A stretch of 64,000 nucleotides of DNA from NCBI GenBank assembly GCA_016906335.1, contig JADEYG010000007.1, forward strand, positions 682,001 to 746,000, read 5' to 3'. Under the pieces are notes generated by a model. The model searched no databases. It saw only the letters and a list, made by a program, of their open reading frames with translations, and had not been told where the DNA came from. A program made the translations under genes and the position numbers. This DNA comes from Novakomyces olei (taxonomy: Eukaryota). Below are positions 55,264 through 64,000 of the stretch, piece by piece. Each line of letters begins with the position of its first letter. Within the stretch, counting starts at the first letter, position 1.

Positions 55264-55680
55264 CTCGATCTTTGAAGGCTGGTCACCAATAAAAATTAGG
55301 AGGGATCACGGTGTCAGAGCCGAACAATTTGGATTGTATATGTACTGCAGGCTTGACCACTTCAATCACTACTCAAATGCTCTTGAGCTGCGAGCCTAAG
55401 AGTATATAAGCGAATCTACCAGGCCAAACTGAACATTTACGTGGCTAAACAAGAAAGCTGCGGCATCGACCAACCATACATCAATCCTACCAAGATCCAA
55501 TTTATTTTCATTTGCAAACCTAATTTCGAGATCAGTCTGGTTCACTGGCACGGTTGATAAGCCGTTTTGATACGATCGGCCGTCTAGCTGAAAGGACGTG
55601 GAGGAGAACCTTGAAGTGCAGCTCCAAATACATCGGACGGCTGCACTTAATTTCTACACGATATTCGTACTAAATCCATC

Positions 55681-56519
55681 ATGGCTCTATCAACAACGCC
55701 ATGGGCTACAGACAGCCAAAGGCAGGCAGTGGACCGCGTACTGAGACGCGCTGAGATATCAAGAGTAAGAAGATTTCTGTTAAACTTTTAAGACGCGTGA
55801 TGTACTAACGTTTGCAGGTTACGCGAATGTTAAAATCTCGTCTCGCGTTCGCTAGTTACAAAGCGTCACGTGGCTGGGAACGATTATCCCTAGACGCGTT
55901 AGAACCGCATATGCAAAAAGAAATTGATAGGTGTCGCGCTATGGCACCTGAAGAAGAAAGCGGACCTATCGTACGTAAACGGCGAAAAACAGAGAACGAA
56001 CACGAAAACGAACACGAAAACGAAGAGGAGCATTTCCATTATTCTGCCGCCTTTCATCATAATCATGTTGTCCAGTCTTCGCCAATAGCACCGCCTCGAA
56101 CACCACCGCGAAGGAGCTTAAATGCCTCTCATGCGCCAGACGAAGGAGCCGACCTGTTAATGTTTCTTGCTACTTCACCTTCTCCTGCAGCTCCACGAAC
56201 AGCACCTTCACGGATGTTACAGTCTCCGCATTATACGCGTACACTGCCGCCCAATACTCCCTCACAACATTTTGATTTTGCAGATTTTGTCAATATTTCG
56301 CCTTCACCGGCACGAAGAAGTGGCGAAAATACAATGTACGCTCAGACATTAGCGCCAACACGGAGGAGACTAATGTTTGAGGCGCCTACTAGCCCCTTAA
56401 AGGCGCGCAAGGGAATTACAGAACGGGCAGCAAAACCAGGACCGGCCGTCGCTGAAGCCTTAAATGACTCGTCGCGTGAAAGGCCGCTTGAATTAGGAGC
56501 ACAGCTATTGCGTGAGTGA
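55681..56519 (+). CDS. Whi5/Nrm1/Stb1-like G1/S transcriptional co-regulator, 2 exons
   Basis: LKSRLAFASYKASRGWERLSLDALE (GTB-like motif), EGADLLMFLATSPSP, and many S/T-P CDK sites. Confidence 0.75.
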
Positions 56520-58286
56520 TACGCGGTGAGGGCTGATTTGCTTTGTATTAGAATAATTTTGGGAACTGTTTATGTGTATCGTAAGAAAAATTGAATGGAC
56601 ACAGCTCAGTCGTAGACATTACCAAATCGTGTGCAACTGGTATTGGTATCGTAATCTTTCTTTTACCTTTTGGCAAATTGTTTTTTCGCTGCTTAGGGAT
56701 AGCAGGCTTACAATGAGTGTACAGTCAATGTATATTTATTTGGTGTCTAGAGAGAACGAATGTAAATGCGATCCTTCAAGTTGGAAATGACTCAAAGCAC
56801 AAAACCTGCGCTAGAGTAAAGGCTTATTTGCGAAGATATAAACAATACTACAAAGAGGCAGTTGGTATGACGTGGCTAAAAGCGAGCGGGGTAATCAGAA
56901 ACCTTGGCATCTCTCAATCTTTCCCATAGCTTTTAGAATGATGTCATATACAGAATTGCTCTTGGCCAATGCAAACTGCTGTTTCACGCAGTTTCTGCAA
57001 AATCCAGGCCAAGGTCTATAATTAGTAGGCACTAGTAAATAATAGTCGCAATAACGACTTTATCTACCGACAACCGCGTATTTCACAAAACAACTTTCTA
57101 TACTCGTGTGTAAGACTACTTGTAATATACTCAAGTATCAATGACACGTTACGCGAAGCGCGTGTATGACTAAGAATATGCGCAGGAGGCAGTCGCGTCG
57201 CGATGACGGGCCAATGCCTCTTTTATAGCGTGGCGATTGTGATTGTACAGAGTAAGCCAAAAGACGTGATGGCGAGCCTTTGGGACGCGTGCTCGAGGCA
57301 GCAAACTTGCCGTGAGCGAACCTCGCTTGCTGTGCACAAACAATTCGGCCTTTTTGCGCTATGTTTCAATTATCGCCTAGTCCCTTATAATATGTAAATA
57401 AATATAATTAATTCAATCGGGTCGAGTGCGTTTAATGATAAACAGTGGCAAGAAAGTCAATTTGCGACTTGAGAGATGGAATTTATGTATTGCAGTCCAG
57501 ACAAGAATATCAGGCACAGCTGGTCGCCGACTATGCACCAAAATCTTTAGCCAATAAACCATTGCCAATAATCATGCTTCCAGTGTCCGCGTTCATCTAT
57601 CCAAATCATAAACTCTTCAAGCTTCCTGCGCCAACAATCAACGACCACATCCCGCGAAAAGCAGCGAGTAGCCAAGCTCACACTATATTTCCTGTTACTT
57701 ACCTGTGTCACGCAGTGTAGAGCGCTAGACTAGAGTGTATGGATTGCGGTACGGTATATATCCACCACCGCAATACGAACGCTTGGACGGTTATCCTCGC
57801 ATCATACTTTACTTTAATCTTACTTGTACACCCTATGCAAGATTCTCAGCTCGAGTCGTGCTTGCTTGTTTGAGTTTTAATATTGACAGACTGATTGATC
57901 CCTTACAATTCTCTCAACTCTTGTGCCGCTCTCTTTGCGCGCTTCCACACTCTTTCAATTCTGATCTCGGCTCCTTTGGCCGCGACTGTCTTTCTATTCC
58001 TTCTTTTTCCGCCTATACCAGCTTGCAAGGCTCGCTGCGTGCCTTTTGCACGTGCTGTCTGCTCCCCTTTTCCTTTAATTTTCGATTCTTACTCTTTTGC
58101 CTTGGGCTGTTGTTTTTCCGACACGGGTTCAGTGCCACCCACGAGTGTTCAAATACCCGTTTCCTGGCGTCATTGGCCACAGAGGCCAAAGGCAACAAAC
58201 CATCGACAAGTCAGACGCGCGCGTCTCTGCCTGTGACGCGAAGGAGTCAAAACAAAACAAATATCGATCCGGCCTCTTTCTCTAAA

Positions 58287-59300
58287 ATGACCCGGAATTC
58301 ATGGCGGACAGCGGCAGCGGCAGCAGCGCTGCTGCTGCTGCCGCGTGGAGTTACAGCGCTCGCGTACTATGGATGCTACTCGGCGGAGAGCAACGGACTA
58401 AACTATAGAAACTCGGATAACATGCAGACTCCTCTAACGTGTTTCCAATCGTGTGGATCAAATTTCAGGTACATTGGAATCGTCAACGGGAACGAATGCT
58501 ACTGCGGCAATACCTTACCTGCTGGAAGTGTTGCGAGTGGCGATAATTGCAATGCCTGTGCTTCTTACCAGGGAGCAGACTGTGGAGCAGACGGGTACAT
58601 TAGTCTTTATGCTGCTCTGGACCAAAACGCGTACGCAATCTCCACTGTATCGCCCCCGGCTGCTTCTTCTTCTTCTTCTTCTTCGTCGACTACGTCTGCA
58701 GCTCAGAGCTCGTCTTCGCCGGCGTCTTCTACCACTGGCACGCAGCAAGCCTCTACTGCTTCAACTTCTTCTCAGGAAACGGCATCTACTTCTACTGCTG
58801 ACCGCTCGAGTACATCAGCCATAACTGCTTCTGCTTCTCCTTCTTCTTCTTCGCCGTCGCCTTCAGTATCGAGTCCGCCTGAGCGAACGGTTACACGAAC
58901 TGCAGACGCGTCGTCAACGGCCTCAAGAGCCGAGCAGAGTTCGTCCAGCTCTGCTTCCTCTGGCAGACACCACGGATTAGGCGCTGGAGCAGCCGCTGGA
59001 ATTGCTATTGCTGTAGTGCTTGCTGTTGCTATTGCCGTTGGAAGTTTCTTTTTCTGGCGGTGGCGACGGAACTCGAGGTATCAGTGGAACACGAGCTTTG
59101 AGAAGGGCAGCTCTCTGCCAAACGGTGGGTCTTCTGCCGGTGCCGGTGCTGGTGGAAGTGGCGGCCTGTTTGGAGTGAAGGCGGGCCATCATGATACACG
59201 GCTAGATAATACAATGGTGCGTAATAATAGCCGGCTCAGTTTTTCCGATGACCAGGACTATTCGCGCAAGATATTACGGGTCACGAACCCTGATGAGTGA
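58287..59300 (+). CDS. WSC1: Cell-wall stress sensor Wsc1
   Basis: Signal peptide, Cys-rich WSC domain (YYGCY...NGNECYCGN), Ser/Thr stalk, TM helix, C-terminal DQDYSRKILRVTNPDE. Confidence 0.95.
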   Translation: MTRNSWRTAAAAAALLLLPRGVTALAYYGCYSAESNGLNYRNSDNMQTPLTCFQSCGSNFRYIGIVNGNECYCGNTLPAGSVASGDNCNACASYQGADCGADGYISLYAALDQNAYAISTVSPPAASSSSSSSSTTSAAQSSSSPASSTTGTQQASTASTSSQETASTSTADRSSTSAITASASPSSSSPSPSVSSPPERTVTRTADASSTASRAEQSSSSSASSGRHHGLGAGAAAGIAIAVVLAVAIAVGSFFFWRWRRNSRYQWNTSFEKGSSLPNGGSSAGAGAGGSGGLFGVKAGHHDTRLDNTMVRNNSRLSFSDDQDYSRKILRVTNPDE

Positions 59301-59465
59301 TTTATACACTTACTTTTTTTTTCTCTAAAAAGGACCGGAATAAATCTGTGAGATTTTTTACTCACGCAGGGACTGTTATGGCTATATTTTGGTTTTGACT
59401 TTACACTTTTATTTATTTCGTTCGTTCGTTCGACATTTCTTTTCCGTTTTCTAGTTTCCAATTCG

Positions 59466-59492
59466 TATTATTGAATATTATTATTATTAGTC

Positions 59493-59534
<42 letters not shown>

Positions 59535-59583
59535 TACTATTATTACTATTATTACTATTATTATATTATTATTAGTATTATTA
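59466..59583. repeat. (TAT/TAC)n microsatellite in the WSC1 3' region
   Basis: Direct inspection. Confidence 0.9.
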
Positions 59584-60295
59584 TTTTCCATTTTCTTTTG
59601 TTCTTCCTCGTTCATAATCACATTAGTGTTCTTTGATCATGTTTTACTCATTTTCGTGCGCCTTTCTCTTCGTGTACTAGCCTATTCTTTTTTATTCATA
59701 TCCATCAATATGGTTACAATATAGCCTAAGACTGCCATATGTCTTTTGCTTCATGCGGTGGCCCTGCTGTGCCTTAGCATTTGATAAATATTATCATGTT
59801 CTACAAAGCCTAGTAGTTACCTATATATACTGCGCACCAATTCCTAGAAAAGTAGGTCTTCTGAATCCAAAAAAACGTTGTAAATGAATGAATGAAGTCA
59901 AAATTAAATACAAAGATCAATAAATGCAGAATGGGAAGGTAAAAATGCATGAGTAATAGTGAGATGGATGGATATTTGAATTTCAAAATTTGCTTCTTGT
60001 CTACGTCTTCGGAAACAATATAAAATATCCATCCCATTCGTCTATTTGTCTACGCTGCAAGTATAACAATAAGCCTATACTCATCATATTCATGGAGGGT
60101 TAAAAAGGCATTATTCATAATTTATACTGATTGCGTTCAACGCTTTCGCAAACGTACAATTGTCCTATTGTATACAAGCAGGCAGATTGTCATTAGCCTG
60201 CAGAAAGAATCCAACCATTATCATGGCCTATGTAATTAGAAAACATAAAAACAAAACATAAACAAGGAAACACAGTTTTTAAATAAAAAAAATCC

Positions 60296-61254
60296 TTACT
60301 TTGGTATCTTTAATGTTTTTGAAGCCATAGCAAAACCGCTCAAAACGAAGAGTAGTGTGAACGGATGAAACTCTAAAACAGTGCCGGCAAAAACAACGCC
60401 GCCTGGTATACGTGCAGGCCCACCGTAATGGCCCTGTGAAATGAAAAAGGCCACAAATGCAATCAGACCTAGAGTAGTCGGAATTGGTGTCCCTTCAAAG
60501 TATTTTGCTTTGCCAGACGCGTCCTTGGGCACAGAGCCAACAGACACATTGAACCGTGCCAATCGCGAGAGACCACAAAGTACAAAGAAAGTCAAAATAA
60601 TGCTGTCTGCAAAACTACGCAGACCCCAAGCAAAGACACAGGCAGCTGGTGCAACTCCAAACGAGACAAGATCAGCCAATGAATCCAACTCTTGGCCCAT
60701 GAGCGAAGATTTGTTTCGCCAACGTGCAACTTTCCCGTCCATAAAGTCAAACATTAGTCCGGCAGGCATAAAGGTAATCGCGCGCCAAAGGTACGTTGGA
60801 TCTTCCACGTTTCCCAAGCAATACTGCAGGGACGAAAAAATGCTTAGTACGCCACAAGCACAGTTTAGTTCGGTGATAGCGTCCGCCAAGTGAAGTGCTC
60901 TGCAATAAAAAGTTAGACATGGATGGACGCGGCAAAATTAAGCCATACCTCACTAGAGAAAAATGCCGATTATCGTTGACATAGGCGATTAACTTGGCCT
61001 TGGCGGGGTCATCTGGAAAGGTTAATGACCGTCCAAATGAAAGCAGGCAGGATTAGGCAGCGTGAAATGACGGAGAGTTTGGAATCACGAAACAATCTAA
61101 AGAAAAGAAAAGATAGAATGAATGAATGAATGAATGAATCAAAAACGAAGATTTCTAAGGAAAACAAAGGCAATATAGAGAAACTTGAAACAAGATTTAG
61201 CCTGCCTTCGATTTCCGCAGCCTGAGACTTGCGGGAACCCGTTCGTGGGGCCAT
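60296..61254 (-). CDS. CHO1: Phosphatidylserine synthase (CDP-DAG:serine O-phosphatidyltransferase), 3 exons
   Basis: [18 protein letters not shown]...[31 protein letters not shown]...YFEGTPIPT...SKTLKIPK. The first intron is probably GC-AG. Confidence 0.95.
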
Positions 61255-61781
61255 TGCTGACTATAGAGAAGTGGACTTGAGTGCTGTAATTTTTTGGCGT
61301 CTGTTTATGTGTGTGATCGAATACGTAAATACTCGCGAAATTATGTTTGCAGTGCCCGCGAATTATCAAAGTAGCACAATCTAAATAATGAAGGTTACTT
61401 TTGCAGTATTTCTTCTTTGTTAGCCAGTGTGCAAGACTTGTTTATCTAACATTATTTCTGTCTCTATTTCTTTTTAGTGAATCTCAAAGTTACCTCAGCT
61501 ACATTTTCGATATATCAGAACCTAATATTAGAAAAGGGTTTGTGCGCCTTAATTTTCGCTCATATAATTTTGTATTGAAGCACACAAAATTTCCGCGAAT
61601 AAGCGCATATTTGGCTGAAACTTAGGTGCCGACTACTTTTGACGGCCCCTTTCTTACTTTCGCTTTGGCTTCAGTACGCGCGTACTTTCCCGCGCTTCGC
61701 TGTTCGTTGCAATCGCGACTGCTGGTAGTTCAAAGGTTAGCGATTAAGGTTCCTTTTGCACGTGCTTCGAGTTCTCGTGCA

Positions 61782-64000
61782 ATGGAATCTCTCGTTGAAA
61801 AGACGAAGAATGCGGTTTTAGGCGAAAACCCTGCTCCAGCCGAGGGAAAAAAGGCCGCTAAAAAAGCGGCCAAGACAACCTCAGGTCAACCTCTAAAGGT
61901 ACAGCTTCAATTCTAGTACCTTTGACTACCTTTTTCTTCAATGCTAATGAACTTTATCCTCAAAGTATTTTTATATTACTATTTCCTCTTGTTGAGCATA
62001 AATGTATTTGGTTTCTAATGTGACAAGATCGAGCCGGAGCCTGAGTATATTCAGCACCGAATTTCGCTCTTTGAACGGCTAAAAGCGGAGGCTGATGCAG
62101 AAATTGCGCAAAAGCCGCGTGAAGAAATTGTCGTGACTCTTCCAAGCGGAGAGACTCGAGTTGCAAAATCATGGGAAACAACGCCCTTTGAGATTGCGTC
62201 ACAGATTAAGAAAAGTTTGACTGAAACCACAGTAATTGCAAAAGTGGATGGCCAACTTTGGGATATGCTGCGTCCATTGGAGGCTTCTTGTACTCTAGAG
62301 TTTCTGGATTTTAATCATCCAGAGGGAAAACGTGTGTTTTGGCACTCGAGCGCCCACGTCTTGGGAGAAGCTGCCGAACTTCACTATGGCTCACATTTGT
62401 GTATCGGGCCTCCAACGACTGAAGGGTTTTTCTACGAAATGGCAATCAAAGATCGTACAGTGAATCCAGCTGACTTCGGCGATCTCGAGACCCTTTTTCG
62501 CGACGCTACAAAGCAAAAACAGAAATTTGAACGTTTGTTAGTGTCCAAGGAAAATTTGTTGGAAATGTTCAAGCATAATCCTTATAAACAGCACATAATT
62601 AAGGATAAGATCCCTGACGGCACTTCTACTACCGTTTACCGTTGTGGGCCGCTTATCGACCTGTGCCTTGGCCCTCATTTGCCCCACACTGGCCGGATCA
62701 AGTCCATGGCAGTTATGAAGGTGAGTATAGAGAAAATATAATATTTTTGTTAGATTGAACATGGTGCTAATATACAGAGCTCTTCATCGTACTTTTTGGG
62801 CGATGCCAACAACGATCAGCTGCAGCGAATCTACGGAATTAGCTTCCCCGACAGCAAGCAAATGACGGAGTACAAAACTTTTCTGGCGGAGGCAGCAAAA
62901 CGTGACCACCGTAAGATTGGCCGTGAGCAAGAACTTTTCTTTTTCAATGAACTTTCGCCTGGCAGTTGCTTCTTCTTACCCAACGGAACCCGGATCTACA
63001 ACAATCTAGTGAATTTGATGAAGGAGGAGTACCATAAACGAAAATACACTGAGGTCATTACACCAAACATGTATAACGCCAAGCTCTGGATGACTTCTGG
63101 TCACTGGCAAAACTACGCGGAGAACATGTTTTCCTTCGATGTGGAAAAAGAAAAGTACGCACTGAAGCCGATGAATTGCCCTGGCCATTGTGTCATCTTT
63201 GGACAGCGTGACCGATCTTATCGTGATCTACCTTGGCGTGTAGCAGACTTTGGTGTATTGCACCGTAACGAGTTTTCGGGTGCTCTCACTGGGTTGACAA
63301 GGGTACGAAGATTTTGCCAGGATGATGCACATATCTTTTGTACGCACGACCAAGTTGGCCAGGAAATAGAAGGCTGCTTTGATTTCCTCAAGCATATTTA
63401 CGGAATCCTAGGGTTTACTTTCAAACTTGAACTATCCACTCGCCCAGACAAGTTTTTGGGTAACGTTGAAACATGGAATGCGGCAGAGAAGCAGCTCGAG
63501 GATGCACTGAACAAGTTTGAGATGCCTTGGGAGCTAAACCCGGGCGATGGAGCTTTTTACGGCCCAAAGGTGAGTGGAAATGGAATAAAAGAAGAAAGAG
63601 AATGGTGTAAAAATTACAAATTTACGATTGATAAAACATGATTTACAGTCTATGTGTCGGAATTACTAACCAGCCAATTTTTAATTTTTACAGATTGATG
63701 TTAAGATTTCTGATGCACTTAATCGTGAGCACCAATGTGCTACTCTGCAGTTGGATTTCCAGCTGCCAGAGCAGTTCCAGCTGGATTACTATGCACAAGA
63801 CGGCCAAATGAAGCGTCCAGTCATGATCCATCGCGCTATTCTTGGCAGCGTGGAGCGCATGATTGCCATTCTCACCGAGCACTATGGAGGAAAATGGTAA
63901 GAGAGACAAAAAAGATCTTTACTAACAACAGGCCCTTTTGGCTTTCACCACGACAAGTCATGGTTGTCCCAGTGGCACCCAAGTACGAGGAATACGCACA
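61782..64000 (+). CDS. THS1: Threonyl-tRNA synthetase (3'-truncated), at least 5 exons
   Basis: [66 protein letters not shown]. Confidence 0.98.

Noticed and set aside
58097-58285. Peptide FPGVIGHRG resembling a GDPD N-terminal motif
   Set aside because: No other GDPD motif follows; a chance match in the WSC1 leader.

Overview
Compact, intron-rich fungal nuclear DNA with about 38 protein-coding genes and about 65 short spliceosomal introns. The standard genetic code is supported: CTG encodes conserved Leu in ubiquitin and histone H4. The Rps13 sequence, Homol D/Homol E boxes at ribosomal-protein promoters, an AACCCT box at histone H4 and MCB elements suggest a Taphrinomycotina yeast close to Schizosaccharomyces (inference). 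Most genes are housekeeping (BOS1, RPS13, PIS1, IPI3, PRE5, RPL22, MNN9, MET14, NHP2, YOX1, LOG1, RRD2, QCR8, PHB1, COX24, PEX4-like E2, PMP3, RSA3, SFA1, PGC1, H4, translin, FMO1, ERV41, CIT1, WSC1, CHO1, THS1). I saw no tRNA, rRNA, transposon or CRISPR. Gene models were spliced by hand, and several are missing or fragmented in the ORF track (QCR8, ubiquitin fusion, OM14-like, RSA3). Highlights: (1) a perfectly canonical ubiquitin fused directly to a non-ribosomal AN1 zinc-finger tail; (2) an AUG-less in-frame extension of threonyl-tRNA synthetase resembling a mitochondrial presequence; (3) relaxed splice signals (three candidate GC-AG introns, many AAG acceptors, recurrent CTTAC branch points); (4) promoter/leader minisatellites, one carrying DSR-like U(C/U)AAAC hexamers; (5) a CNOT11-like gene and two orphan genes.
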